64,000 nt of DNA from Hemiscyllium ocellatum (lineage: Eukaryota). The stretch is from contig NC_083422.1 of NCBI RefSeq assembly GCF_020745735.1, positions 25,792,001 to 25,856,000 of the forward strand. Direction: 5' to 3'. The position numbers and the translations under genes are program-made. Shown here in pieces: positions 10,619-24,497 of the stretch (position 1 is its first letter; each line of letters starts with the position of its first letter). Under the pieces are notes generated by a model that was not told where the DNA came from, made no database searches, and worked only from the letters and a program-made list of their open reading frames with translations.

Positions 10619-13600
10619 AATTAGGTCACCATGGCTTGGCTAATGCCAGAAAATGGGTGTTGCACGGACCAACTTTGTTGCCATGTCTAAATGCATACTC
10701 AATGGTTGGAATATAGAATAGTTGAGGTAGGAGAAGCAAAGAGGGGAGAAGAAAAACATTCAAGGTACTTATAGTATATTCATGCTGGATAATGTGACAT
10801 TTTTCTACACCAAAGGTGTTCAGGGTAGTGGCCATTATCTCTCTCATATATAATAGTATCACTCTTGCACAATGTGTCTTACTAGCATGTGGCACATCAC
10901 ATGATTCCCACACAATACCCAACTGAATTGTAGGTTCAGTTTTAACATTCTGACGTGTTTATGGCTGGGGAGACTGGCAGTACATTGGGAACTGCAGAAG
11001 GTTCAGCAGAACATCGGCCAGTGGCTTGTTAATGCAGCTACATTATTTGCAGGTGATTTGTGGGAATTTTCCGAACCAATTACAATGAGTGGGCATGACA
11101 ATGACCTGTCACAGTCTCCTGAGGTATTTAAGGAAACCACATGGGATTTAAAATTGAAACGTGCTCAATATCTTGACTCACATGGGGATACAATGGAGCA
11201 TGGCAGTACCGTGCTTCTGGGCATGAATCTATTCTCTCTGGATGGCAGGATAAAGGCTGTCTCTGGAAGTAAGCAGGATTAGTGGCAAGTGGCTGAAGGG
11301 GTCAGCAGCAAGTGCCATGTTCCCAAATACAGGATCAGGAGACATTCAGTAATCTATTAATGGCAGGGAAGGTAAGGTGACATGGCACATTCACCTAAGT
11401 CCTGGTTTGGATCTAATCCGACATTCCTTTCCCAATCCTCCTCCTGACCTGCATCCCCCATATAAACACAACTTGCTGGTGCACCCACTCCTCTCTGTCT
11501 AGACTTGTCTTCAATTTGCCCCTGAACCACTGACACTGAAAACTGTGTGAAATTATTCCTCACAAATTTTGTCCATCCATTTCCATCCTTTCATGTCCCA
11601 AACTAAACTAGTGACACTGAAAACAAGCTGAAACTGTCGCTCATAAATGTTGTCCTTACGTTTCCATCCTTTGAACACATTCCATTTCTCACACCCATGG
11701 TCTTTTCATTCTCTCCTTGCACCTGACTAGAGTACAGAATAGCAGGGAGTGGTGTAGAAGTAGAGTTGATTCTCTGCTGTACTCCACTTTGGACAAGTGT
11801 AGAGGAGCTGCTAGAGGTAAGCCCAGGCTCCACGTGCGTGGCCATCGGAAGCACGTGAGTGGCCATTGGCCAATTGAGATTGCATGGCATTGATGTAAAT
11901 AACACTCAGTAAAATAGCATTATAATCCCTTACAAATATTTCAAAATATGATTGGCTTCACAATACTGCAGTCAGAAGCATCTGAAAAATCAGAGACTCA
12001 AACATGCAAAATCTTCTTATTTACCCCTGTATTAATAGTGATGTCAAAAATCCAAATCTTCCTTTTCTCTTCCCAACTTTTATAGAGAGCAGTTTGCACA
12101 AGACCTGGATACTCATTTCAGGTTGAAAATAGACAAAATAAGGTGCTGATCACACTATTAAAAAAAACATTTATTGTCAAAATGGAAATGCTAATTTCTG
12201 GCACAATGCAATGTTGAAGACCTAGAGAATAATGAACCACTGCAAAAGTTTGAATTGCACCCCCAAACAAAAGGCAAAACAAGTAAAAGAAATAAAGTGC
12301 AGTATCATTTTGAAGAGGCAAAGCTCTCAGTAGCTGTCTGGAAAGGCACTGAGAGACCTGTAGTAGCTCCTTCAGGCAGTCCTGCCAAGCATCATGCCAA
12401 TCAAACACTAGCCAGAGAGGGGAGAAATCCTGCCCAGCGAGAGCTCCTGGACAATCAGAACCCAACAGATCCAGCATTTGGCAGGGCCATGGTGGAAGAT
12501 GTGACTGCTACTGGAAGCATATACAGTATTGTGGAGAATCAAGGTGAAAGATAAGGAGTTGTGCAGCAGGGTGCTGCAATATTCTGGCATTAGGGATTGC
12601 AGGAAAAGAGTATGCAGGATCAGAAGCAATGACCTATAGCTAGTCCCTTGAATAAGCACCGAATGCTTCCGATCAAGAGAACCAGCTCTCAGCCCACACA
12701 CATATGCTTACAACATGGCAACAAGCTCACTATCTCTGGGGTCTTTGTAACATGCATGGGTTGGGTCTTTTAAGTCATCCATATAATTACTGAATTGGCT
12801 GCAGGTCAGGAAGGTCAACCATGGACCTTCCAACACTGAACTTCATGGCAACTGAGCAAAAGGGATTTGGCTTTTTAAATAGCTTTTCCACCTCCAAGCC
12901 TGTCCTGCCGGGAGTTTGAGATTCCAGTCAAAGAGATAACAGGGCAGCTGTATGAACATCGATCATTCACTGACCCGAGAAAGGAGGGCACCTCTACTTG
13001 TTATTAGAAAATCATCTTTTGCTCTAAAAGAACTTGAACGTGCTTGTTGCTGAGAATAAAACAAGCCAGTACAACTACCTATTTTTTAAAAAATCACACT
13101 TAACTTCAGAACACATTGCAAAAATGGTTCCCAACAAATTACTGTCATTCCATTTACATAATAGAGATTTTCTACTTCTAATTTAAACAGAAATGCCCAG
13201 TAGATAATATTAAGACAACCTTGTTTTTAATATCCATCATAAAGTATGGAAGCCACACAACATTTTAATTCATTTCACCCAGATTGGACTCATGAAACAT
13301 TAATGATTTTGGGCATGACAATTTCTCATGATATCTACTTTGCAAGAACTGACGATTACTTCTGAAGGTTTGGTTATGATCATTTTTTGGCTTCAGAACA
13401 TTCAGGCATTTCATAATTTATCAAAAAACTACATAATGCATATGACCTGAATGTAAAAGATCCAGTTGTCTTACCAATCAAATATCTCCTTCAGATTTAT
13501 TACCTTGAATTTATATCATGGTTAAATGATCGGTAAAACAGTTCACAAATAATGTAATGCTTTGGGCCCGTTGTCTATATTTTTTTAAAAAAAGAGAAAC

Positions 13601-13621
13601 TTATTTTCTATGCTTCTATTA

Positions 13622-13745
13622 GAGCTAAAGGGATCAAAGGGTATGGGGTGAAAGCGGGAACAGGGCCAATATCTTGGATGATCAACCATAATTGTACTGA
13701 ACGACAGTGCAGGTTCAAAGGGATGAATGGCCTACTCCTATTTCC
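13622..13745 (+). mobile_element. CR1 3' terminal fragment (old subfamily)
   Basis: atcaaagggtatgggg...gaatggcctactccta, typical of a CR1 3' UTR. Confidence 0.55.
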
Positions 13746-14422
13746 CACATTTCTAATTGAAGAGTAAAGGCCCATAGTTGAAGACTCCCGTGAGTTTAAA
13801 AGCAGAATGAGAGAATGAAATAAATGGAGAAGTAATACACTTGCCTTTATATGTCATCTTTTACATCCCCTGAAAATTCTAATGTGCTCTCTAGCCAATC
13901 AATGAAATGTTGTTTTATAGGCAATTGCAAATGTTAACCTAAGCACAGCTGGGTTCCACAAGTAGCATCGGACAAACATATAATTTAAGAGGAGTGGACC
14001 ATTCTGCCTCTCCTGCTGCTCTGACGTTTGATAACATCTGATCTAATTATGGCTACTATTTTCCTCTCCCAGCCCCCACACCACCCACCTACCCCTTCCC
14101 ACCCCCAGTCAGTCAGTAATGTATATACCTCAGCTTTCATCAGTCAGTAATCTATTTAACTCAGCCTTACAAATATCCAATAGCCCCACCTCCAGTGCTC
14201 TTTGAGGAACAGAAACCCATAGGCTAGCAATCTTTGGAGGAATAAAAAACCTCATTTCTATCTTAGAAGTGTGACCCCTTTATTTTTAAAATATGCCCCT
14301 TAAGTTTTAGTCTCTCTCATAAGCATAAAATCCTTTCAGCATCCACCTGTATGTCCTTCAGGATTTTGTATATGTTTCAAATGATCACCTCTCATTCTTG
14401 CGAGCTCTAATGGATATAAACC

Positions 14423-14516
14423 ATTTCTGATGAAGGGTTGAAACGTTGATTTTCCTGCTTTTCCGGCACCACACTCTCCACTTTAATCTTCAGCATCTGT
14501 AGTCCTCACTTTTACT
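14423..14516 (+). mobile_element. Degraded mini-PLE 3' end (hammerhead with deleted stem II, plus tail)
   Basis: ctgatgaagggtt-gaaacgttgattttcctgc...cagcatctgtagtcctcactttt. Confidence 0.65.
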
Positions 14517-14679
14517 GAGTTAATATGCCCAAACTGCCCAATCTTTCTTCATAAGACAATCATTTCCACCCAAGAATCAGCTGAATGAAGCTCTTTGGAC
14601 TGTCTTCAGTGTCTTTTAATCAATTGAGATAAATTACCAGTTAAGCCATTGGTGATGTTGGTGGGGGATATGTGATGAC

Positions 14680-14902
14680 AGCTGAAAATGTGTTGCTGGT
14701 TAAAGCACAGCAGGTCAGGCAGCATCCAAGGAACAGGAAATTCGACGTTTCGGGCATAAGCTCTTCATTTTCTGATGAAGGGCTTGTGCCCGAAACGTCG
14801 AATTTCCTGTTCCTTGGATGCTGCCTGACCTGCTGTGCTTTAACCAGCAACACATTTTCAGCTCTGATCTCCAGCATCTGCAGACCTCACTTTTTTCTCG
14901 AA
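14680..14902. mobile_element. Palindromic mini-PLE: 89-bp inverted arms (14680-14768 / 14775-14863) plus 3' tail
   Basis: Arms differ at 2 positions; 6-nt loop. TSD gatatgtgatgacag at 14667-14681 and 14903-14917 (last 2 nt overlap the element end). Confidence 0.93.
14769..14803 (+). ncRNA. Minimal type I hammerhead ribozyme, intact core
   Basis: ttt-CTGATGA-aGGGC-ttgt-GCCC-GAAA-CGTC-gaa. Confidence 0.85.
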
Positions 14903-15199
14903 GATATGTGATGACAGGAAAACTGTTCTATTCCATTTTGAATATTACTGCGGTAAAGTTTACACCAAGGTGAGAATGCTGAGAGGGCCGCGTTCTAATG
15001 TCAAAATATGGCATTTCCAACAATGCAGCACTCCGACACTTAAGTGGGAAGTGCACTAAAAGCATTCCAGTTGATTTGGATAATGGAAAGTTTGCGTTTT
15101 AAATTTCTGAGAAGTTTTTTATTTATTATGTTGATGGAAATTAAAAAGTAAAGTATTACTGTTTAGTTCTCCACACTAAAACATTGTCTTGCTTTCTCA

Positions 15200-17010
15200 C
15201 TGCTCATTTAGATTTCAAAAGGCAAACCATGTTTGACTAACTTGATTTGAGTTCCTTGTGATGAAACACATGGACAAGGTGGAAAAAGGTTGCATGATTG
15301 ATGTTGAGTATTTGGATTTTCAACAAGTATTTGTTACAATATCACATACTAGATTTGACAGCAAAAATGAAGCCCAAAAGATTAAAAGGAAGCAAGTGTG
15401 AAGATGCAGAAATGGCGAAAGGATACACAGAATGTAGTAGTGAACAATTCTGGTCTGACTGGAAGAAATTTATGCAATGGTATCACCCAAAGGTTAATGT
15501 GAGCTCTTCTCAATCTATATTCATGACATAGACTATGAGGCATATGGCAAAATTTCAAGGTTGCAGCTGAATTGAAACTTAGAGATCTAGCAAACAGGAA
15601 ATAGGGCAATGGTCCTGATTGAAGTCAGAAACCCTAATCTGAACCTGGCTGGATAAAAGAGAAAAACACTTACTGCCTCCAATAAGGCCTCCAATAGCAG
15701 GTGGTGATGGTGAGAGAGGGGAACAAACAGGGAAGATCAAGCAATTGTGCAGACCCTCTCTGAGGGAAAGGGTGTCTTTGGCAAAAAGACGCCACATGGA
15801 GAAATGGTCAGATAGAAGATTTCCCCAATCAAACATGAACCACAGGCTTAATTCCTGTAAATACTGTTCAACCAGGTTCACCATAATTTCTCTCCATGCT
15901 TGTTTCAACCTGATGCCAATGAAATAAAGAATCATTGTTTAAAGATCTTTGGGCTGTTTGTGTGTTTACAATCCATGTTACATTTCCTTTGAAGGAATTA
16001 TCCATGTAAAAATCTAGGCCAGAAGCCTTCCCAACTGAACTTAGTAACTATTAAATTGAGGTCTCTGAAGTCTCCAACTGAAATTGGGACTTCTTTGGAA
16101 GTTTCCAAGACATCTGCATAATCTTAGCATGCAACTTCTATCCATGTTACTGCAACGACTATTTACTTAACAGAAGATCTGTCCCAAAATAAACAATAAG
16201 GAGAATTGTCTGTCTTCAGGACAACAGAGGCAGTGAATTTGGCAAATAAATTATTGGTGATGTTTATACAAAGACATGTGAAGTGATTTGTTTTAGTTGA
16301 AAGGATAAGGAAAAGCCATGTTAATTAAACAATATACATTTAGAAACAATACAAGAATATCAAGTCTTATGTTTGTACTGGTACAAATTTGGGAATCTTG
16401 TTAGAAAGGCATCCAGGATCTTTGCCTTTAATAAGTTGAGGCTTACTCAATGATAACTGAAGGGGCCAATCTATAAGAGTCAGGTTCTGCCATTAGCGCC
16501 ATCAGAGGTGTTGTGCATAATTCTGGACCCAACACATTAGAATGGAAGTCAAGATGGCTTCAGAATGATGGAAAGGAGAATTACAAGTTGGTCACTGATG
16601 ATAAATTACTTCTGTCATATGGAGCAACTTTAGAAACTGTATTGTTCTCCTTGAGAAAGAGAAGTCTAATAGGAATTTTGATAAAGGTGTTTGTTATCTT
16701 GAAGGGCTTGATGTTGAGGAAATAAGGGAAAACAGTTTTCAGCAAGCAGAGGACATAGACTCCATGTCGTTGACAAAGAAGCAAAGGGACATGAGGAATA
16801 AAATATCACTTGGAATGTTATTAAGATCTAAAATACATTATTTGATAAGATGAAGCAAATTCAATAATAACTTCCAAAGGAAAATCGCAAAGATTGAAGG
16901 GACAACATTTGTTGAGCTACAGAGAGATACAGGATGGAACTAACAGGGCAGCTCTTTCAAAAGGCGGTACATGGTAGCTCCCCCCTGTTCTCTACTGCTC
17001 TATTATGCTA
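15200..17010 (+). mobile_element. Highly degraded CR1 RT/3' fragments (about 15200-15600 and 16200-17010)
   Basis: Remnants of CLTNLIEF (tgtttgactaacttgatttgag), LDF.K and LFSLRKRSLIG.LIKVF.ILKG motifs. Confidence 0.5.
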
Positions 17011-17229
17011 TTAAATACTGCCACCCTGGAATGCAGTGTTTCTGAGTTGAACATCAGAGCCCTAATTTCTTATCTGGCTGATCTGTTATGAGGTACCTCT
17101 GACTCTTACCGTTATTCTTAATGTATGTTTTTATTTCTTTTTCCTTTTTGCATTGTATTTTGCTCTCATTTCTCTCCTTCCCATTATTTGTTGATATTTT
17201 AACCTGGACATGGGCAATAGGTCAGTCTA

Positions 17230-18700
17230 CAGTTTAACAGAATTTATATGTACACAAGAAGGCCAACCAGCCCATTCTGTCTATGCCAGTTCTCCATATG
17301 AGGGACTACCAAATAGTTTTCTCCTGCCTTTTCTTCAGAGCTCCAAATATTCATATTTTAGGATAACAATCCAATTCCCTCTTAAATATCTTAAAAAATC
17401 TCCTGGGCAATGCATTCCTGATCTTAACAACTTGCCAGATGGAAAAGATTTTTCTCAAGTTGGCATTCCTTCTTTTGCCAATTATTTTGAAAGCACATCC
17501 CCTTGTTCTTGATCCTTCCATTATTTCACTGTCTACTCCGTCCTGTCCGCTCATAATTTTGAATCTTTGGTTAGATGAGCAGGATTTTCTATGTCTAGTG
17601 ATTCACGGGACAAACAAAGTGCATTCCTTTGTCTGTTTCCATCACAAGCTAGATTTTCCTGGATCAGCTTGCCAATCTGTCACCAAAGGGAAGGGGTACT
17701 ATGTCACATCATGCATGACTGACTAGGAGACTCCTGCTCTTATTATCTGCAATGGGTATATTGGAAATATTTACAGGTTGATAATCAACCCATGTTGGCC
17801 CATTTGTTCTACATGACTGAAGCTCCGCATGAATCTTTTCTGCACTCTCTCTCTCGAGCCTTTTGCATCTTTTCTCCAAACATTCCAGTTGAGGCCACAC
17901 CGGTGTTCTGCACATGTTTAACATAACCTCCTTGCTTTTGGGCTCTATTTCCCTGTTAATAAAGCCCAAGACATTGTATGTTTTATTAACCATGCTCTCA
18001 ACATTTTCTATCGTCTTCAATGATTTATGCACATGTCCATCTCGATGCCGCTGCCCCTGTGCACCATTTAGAAATGAACCCTTCATGTACTACTCATGCT
18101 CTACTCCGTGTATTATCTACCAAAATTAACAGCTTCACATTTCTAGCTATTGCACTTAATTAGCCATTTGCCCTTTTTACCAGCGTGTCCATGTCCTTTT
18201 GAAACTTTACAATATCTTCCTCATAGTCAATAATATTTCTGGATTTTGGATGATTTACAAATTTTGAAGTTGTGTTCATGAAGATCAAAGTCATTTATGT
18301 TCCTCGGGAAAAAAAACTGTATACCTCGAACATGAACTCTATAATTTCACACTTCTTGTCCAGAAACATTAACCACTGCTCTTTCACCCAGCCAATTCCA
18401 TATTTCATGTTGCTTGTATCCTTTTAATCCCATGTGGGACGAGTTAGCCCAAAATTCTGATGTGCAGCACTTCATTAAATGCCTTCTGGAAAGCCACACT
18501 GACAAAATCACCCTCACCATCATTCTCTGTTACCCCTGTAAAAAAACTCTAAGAAATAAGTTAAACAAGATTTGCCCTTAGGAAATTTGCACTGGTCTTT
18601 ATTAATGTGTATTTGCTTAATTTTGTCCCAATTATCATTTCTAGAAACATTCACATCACCAAGGGTAACTTAGCTGGTCTGCAGTTGTTAGACTTATCTT
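17230..18700 (-). mobile_element. Degraded CR1 fragments
   Basis: Minus-strand ORFs contain GSRTRG.AFKI...FSIWQVVKIRNALP and LGFINREIEPKSKEVMLNMCRTPVWPQLE. Confidence 0.65.
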
Positions 18701-18747
18701 TATATTAGTCAGTTTTGAGAAGATATGCCTTATATTATTGAGTGAAC

Positions 18748-18952
18748 CATAGTCCTACCAAACCATCAGGTCTCTCATTTGAGAGAGACGAGTGGTGGTG
18801 GTCTAACATTAGGGTCACCATGCCTCAGGCAAGGAGAAAAGTTGAAAAGAAGGATCCTCCATGGTAACCTCAGTGTGTGTGTGTGAGAATTGAGTCTATG
18901 TTGTTGGCAGCATTCCATTTTGTCAATCAGCCATCCAGCCAGCTGGGCTAAA
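18748..18952 (-). mobile_element. Second tRNA-like SINE family (copy 1; copy 2 at about 53875-54060)
   Basis: Two dispersed copies share agggtcac.atgcctcag...ttga.aag...catgg...agccatccagcca.ctg.gctaa; A-box-like head on minus strand. Confidence 0.55.
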
Positions 18953-19341
18953 TAAATTTCATTGATGCCATAACAGGATTTGAATTGTGAGATATAGCAA
19001 AATCAGTACAATGTACTAGCATGGATTTTAAAAAATCCAACTATGGTTTTTTGCTAAAAGTGAATGAAATGTGTCAACTGGTGCTTAATTTTTCAAAAGA
19101 AAAATCATCAATTAAATGGATACTGATCTGCTTAATTGCCCAAATGATTATTGCATTTGTCTTGGAAATATTGTATTATGCTTTCTATTCTTGTTAGTTG
19201 AAAGGGGAGAGTGCATGTTACTATTTTTCACTTCAGTCAGAATTAAAAGTAGTTTTGCAACATCAGTCATAAAAAGCTAGTGATAATTTGTTAATACACA
19301 TTTTCTCCCATGTTGATTTGCAACATAAATATGGATAATTA

Positions 19342-20541
19342 CCCAGGACCTGATGAGGTGTACCTTAGACTTCAGTAAGGTGTTCGACAAGGTTCCCCAT
19401 GGGAGACTGGTTAGTAAGGTTAGATCTCATGGAATGCAGGGAAAATTAACATTTGGATACAGAACTGGCTCAAAAGTAGAAGGCAGAAGGTGGTGATGGA
19501 GGGTTGTTTTTCAGATTGGAGGACTGTGACCAGGGGAGTATCACAAGGGTCAGTGCTGGCCCACTACTTTTCGTAATTTATATAAATGATTTGGCTGTAA
19601 GCATAAGAGGTATGGTTAGTAAGTTTGCAGATGACATCAAAATTGGAGGTGTATTGGACAGTGAAGAAGGTTACCTCAGATTATAATGGGATCTTGACCA
19701 GATGGGCCAGTGGGCTGAGAAGTGGCAGAATTGAGTTTAATTTAAATTTCAGGTGATGCATTTTGGTAAAGAAAATCTTAGCAGGACATATACCCTTGAT
19801 GGTAAGATCCTAGGGAGTGTTGCTGAATATAGAGATCTTGGAGTGCAGGCTCATAGCTCCTTGAAAGTGGAGTCGCAGTTAAAAGTGAAGAAGGCATTTA
19901 GTATGCTTTCCTTTATTGGTCAGAGTATTTAGTACAGGAGTTGGGAGGTCATGTTGCAGCTGGATAGGACATTGGTTAGGCCACTTTTGGAATACTGCGT
20001 GCAATTCTGGTCTCCTTCCTATCGGAAAGATGTTGTGAAACTTGAAAGGGTTCAGAAAAGATTTACAAGGATGTTGCCTGGGTTGGAGGATTTGAGCCAA
20101 AGGGTGGAGAGGCTGAATAGGCTGGGGCTGTTTTCCCTGGAGCATCGGAGGCTGAGGGGTAACCTTGTAGAAGGGTTTATAAAATCATGAGGGGTATGGG
20201 TAGGATAATTAGACAAAGTCTTTTCCCTTGAGTGGGGGAGTCGAGAATTAGAGGGCATAGGTTTAGGGTGAGGGGAGAAAGATATAAAGAGACCTAAGGG
20301 GCAACATTTTCATGCAGAGAGTTGTATGTGTTTGAAATGAGCTGCCAGAGGATATAGTGGAGGCTGGTACAATTGCAACATTTAAGAGGCATTTGGATGG
20401 GTATATGAATAGGAAAGGTTTGGGGGGATATGGGCCGGGTGCTGGCAGGTGGGACTAGTTTGGGTTGGGATATCCGGTCGGCATGGATGAGTTGGACTGA
20501 AGGGTCTGCTTCCATGCTGTACATCCCTTTGACTCTATGAC
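19342..20541 (+). mobile_element. Young CR1 (HER1-like) LINE, 5'-truncated, with stops and frameshifts
   Basis: KFADD.KIGG and LVRPLLEYCVQFWSP motifs; (gactctat)-type 3' end. Confidence 0.92.
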
Positions 20542-22407
20542 GCTGTGTGAACTGGTAATTCCAGATTTGCTGAACTCAAGCAAATAGTCAAGTGGAGATG
20601 ATACTGATTTGATTGTCAGTTTGTCAAAGGATATAAAAACTGTGGCACCCAGTACTGGATATACAAAGACATTATCTATAATTAATTATGCTCTTTGGTA
20701 TATGTAAAAAGCACAAAATGGGATTGCACTCTAAAATATTTGCTAATTTAGCTCTTTATTAGGTGGAACTGTAAACTTAAAACACCATATAATATGGAAC
20801 TCTAAACATTTACTGGGGATGTTTGTGGCAGAATTACTTATATCATAATTATACTAATAAACTACCACATTAAAAGTAAGTACATTGTGTACTGATTCAA
20901 CAAAGCAAAGCTGTCAAATTCTAGGCTAATGCAATGCTCTCCCAAGGCTGCACTTTAAACCCTGTGGGCTATATCCCAAATACAAACTTCTAAGATTAAG
21001 CACAGCATTCCTGAGAGATACAGGGATCAAAGACATGGCTACAGTTATTATAGTTAAATCATTTTCTTTCTGTGCCTCTGTCTGTAGATACCTGTCCACT
21101 GTTAAAATGATCAATGTTTTTTAATGTGCAATCCCTTGGATTTTTCACATTAAATAACACTTAAGTTGTCTGGATCTCGTCGAATGTTATCAATCTTCTC
21201 TGCACTGTTCACCTGGTCACACAGCCCAGCATCATCTGTAAATCTGTTCACATATTTCTGCCAGTACAAAGCTGGTGCAATTTTGATCAGCATCTTCACT
21301 CAGCGCTTGACAACACATTATTACTTATTTAAAACCAGTTTAAAATCGATTATGGTACATGTGGAATTGATTGTATTTATGAGTTCCCCTGTAACCTAAA
21401 ACACAGAATAGAGTATCACTTTATGAAAATTCTTCAAACTGGGAAGCAAAGAACATAATTTGAATTTTGTTTTTGCTTAAAGCTTATACTATAAAGAAAA
21501 AAAACTCCAAGATTTTTCCAGAGCCGCAAACACAAGATTTATTTTCCTCTCATTTTCACTAGAAGTTTTTAAATCTTCACTACTTTTTAGGATTCTGGTC
21601 ACTATTGGTACTTCCCCAAGTATCCATTATTTATGTAACATTTGAGATGCCAGATCCTATTCTCACTTGATGTATACTTCTAAGTTGGGGGCACCAATTT
21701 GAGGTGCAAACTAAGAAATTTGATTAGCTAACGCAGGACAGTTGAGACCAATTGTAGTATCTCAGATGCTTCTTCGGCTGAGATCAATTTTGCAGAGACT
21801 GAATAACAAAGCTGGGACCGTTCTGGTCTGAATCCCTTACCTATTTCCTGAATAAACTTGCTATCCATCAGGTGAATCAATGAAATACGGTACAAAAGAA
21901 TGAACATTGTGAAAGATTGTGCAATACATTCAAAGTTTTTTTCAAAACACAAGGGAGTGTTGCACAAATCAGTGCCTGGGTTACACAGACAAGCTGACAA
22001 GTCACAATAATTGTGCGAAATTCAATTACACAAAGTTTAAATGAAAACAATTAAACTTTTGCTTTTAGAATCAAGTGAATGGCTAACTTTCTGAAAGAGG
22101 TGTAACACAGTGACAAGTCTAGTCCATAAGCCAAAAATTAATCTGAAATATAGAGACCTAGACGCAGCTGAAATATTTAAAAAGAGGATTAGTTCTTATT
22201 GTCAGAAGAACTTATGAAACTGGTCAGATAAAAATATACCAAAGATAACACATAAATTGAATAGTCGAAACAGACTGAGGATAATGGAGGCTAGAACAAT
22301 AAACCTTTCACCCTGCAGCCCAGCAGTTCCCCCACCCCACCCATCCAGATTTGCATAGGAGACTTATCCAAACCAAATTAAATCATGACATACACTTAAA
22401 ACAATAG

Positions 22408-22705
22408 TAGATTAGATTAGACTTACAGTGTGGAAACAGGCCCTTCGGCCCAACAAGTCCACACCGACTCGCCGAAGTGCAACCCACCCATACCCCTACA
22501 TTTACCCCTTACCTAACACTACGGGCAATTTAGCATGGCCAATTCACCTGACCCGCACATCTTTGGACTGTGGGAGGAAACCGGAGCACCCGGAGGAAAC
22601 CCACGCAGACACGGGGAGAATGTGCAAACTCCACACAGTCAGTCGCCTGAGTCGGGAATTGAACCCGGGTCTCAGGCGCTGTGAGGCAGCAGTGCTAACC
22701 ACTGC
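22408..22705 (-). mobile_element. HE1-like tRNA SINE, young, with (tctaa)n tail
   Basis: B box ggttcaattcc; CpGs retained; homologous to the other copies. Confidence 0.85.
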
Positions 22706-22956
22706 AGTAAAAGGGAAATTTCTTTCAACCAACAAATAAAATAGAAATGTTCTAACAGATAGCAAAGAAAAGCAGGAATAGTGAATATCGTACAAGATGT
22801 TTTTTTTCCAAAACAATGCAATAGCATATAAAACAGTAATTGTTGCCTTGGAATTCGAGGAAATCACCTCCAACACCTAAAATACCTCAAAAAAAGGAGC
22901 AGCTCTTACAGTCAGCAATTTTTTCTGTCCTCCATCTTGGATTACCCAGAATCGAG

Positions 22957-24497
22957 AACTCTATGGGAAGCTAGAGAAGTGATTGTTGGGCCTCTTGCTG
23001 AGACATTTGTATCATAGATAGTCACAGGTGAGGTGCCAGAAGACTGGAGGCTGGCAAACATGGTGCCACTGTTTAAGAAGGGCGGTAAAGACAAGCAAGG
23101 GAACTATAGACCTGTGAGCCTGACCTCGGTGGTGGGCAAGTTGTTGGAGGGAATCCTGAGGGACAGGATGTACATGTATTTGGAAAGGCAAGGACTGATT
23201 TGGGATAGTCAACATGGCTTTGTGCATGGGAAATCATGTCTCACAAACTTGATTGAGTTTTTTGAAGAAGTAACAAAGAAGATTGATGAGGGCAGAGCAG
23301 TAGATGTGATCTATATGGACTTCAGTAAGGCATTTGACAAGGTTCCCCATGGGAGACTGATTAGCAAGGTTAGATCTCATGCAATACAGGGAGAACTAGC
23401 CATTTGGATACAGAACTGGCTCAAAGGTAGAAGACAAAGGGTGGTGGTGAAGAGTTGTTTTTCAGACTGGAGGCCTGTGACCAGTGGAGTGCCACAAGGA
23501 TCAGTGCTGGGTCCTCTACTTTTTGTCATTTACATATATGATTTGGATGAAAGCATAAGAGGTACAGTTAGTAAGTTTGCAGATGACACCAAAATTGGAG
23601 GTGTAGTGGACAGCGAAGAGGGTTACCTCAGATTACAACAGGATCTAGACCAGATGGGCCAATGGGCTGAGAAGTGGCAGATGAAGTTTAATTCAGATAA
23701 ATGCGAGGTGCTGCATTTTGGGAAAGCAAATCTTAGCAAGACTTATACATTTAATGGTAAGGTCCTAGGGAGTGTTGCTAAACTAAGAGACCTTGGAGTG
23801 CAGGTTCATAGCTCCCTGAAAATGGAGTCACAGGTAGATAGGATAGTGAAGAAGGCGTTTGGTATGCTTTCCTTTATTGGTCAGAGTATTGAGTACAGGA
23901 GTTGGGAGGTCATGTTGCGACTGTACAGGACATTGGTTAGGCTACTGTTGCAATATTGCGTGCAATTCTGGTCTCCTTCCTATCGGAAAGATGTGTGAAA
24001 CTTGAAAGGGTTCAGAAAAAATTTACAAGGATGTTGCTAGGGTTGGAGGATCTGAGCTAGAGGGAGAGGCTGAACAGGCTGTTTTCCCTAGAGCTTTGGA
24101 GGCTGAGGGGTAACCTTGTAGAGGTTTACAAAATTATAAGGGGCATGGATAGGATAATTAGACAAAGTCTTTTCCCTGGGGTAGGGGAGTCCAGAACTAG
24201 AGGGCGTAGCTTTAGGGTGAGAGGGGAAAGATATAAAAGAGACCTAAGGGGCAACGTTTTCACGCAGAGGGTGGTACATGTATGGAATGAGCTGCCAAAG
24301 GATGTGGTGGAGGCTGGTACAATTGCAAAATTTAAGAGGCATTTGAATGGGTATATGAATAGGAAGGGTTTGGAGGGATATGGGCCAGGTGCTGGCAGGT
24401 GGGACTAGATTGGGTTAGGACATCTGGTCGGCAGGGATGTGTTGGACCGAAGTGTCTGTTTCCTTGCTGTACATCTCTATGAATCTATGACTCTATG
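22957..24497 (+). mobile_element. Young CR1 (HER1-like) LINE, 5'-truncated; RT domain open over 321 aa
   Basis: [34 protein letters not shown] motifs; tail ctctatga repeats. Confidence 0.95.

Larger units (their letters stand above)
13840..15060. mobile_element. Ancient Deu-domain SINE remnant (about 13840-13965 and 14920-15060) interrupted by an old minus-strand CR1 (about 13980-14630) and two mini-PLEs
   Basis: Degenerate match to remembered Deu-SINE consensus blocks (cttgc.tttatat..., gggcc.cg.t..aatgtc...gcagcactcc). Similar remnants at about 27440-27540 and 32470-32750. Confidence 0.35.

Noticed and set aside
12255-12554. 99-aa ORF as a host exon
   Set aside because: No recognisable domain or convincing splice sites; probably an old TE relic.
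14680-14863. MITE / DNA transposon interpretation of the palindromes
   Set aside because: Arms are homologous to the PLE 3' end, the tail is one-sided, and TSDs are 14-15 bp, as in the RT-bearing copies.
14641-14911. Two near-identical ORFs on opposite strands
   Set aside because: An artefact of the DNA palindrome, not a toxin-antitoxin or gene pair.
23033-23998. Active CR1 ORF2
   Set aside because: Lacks the endonuclease and 5' region, and has a frameshift and stop downstream.
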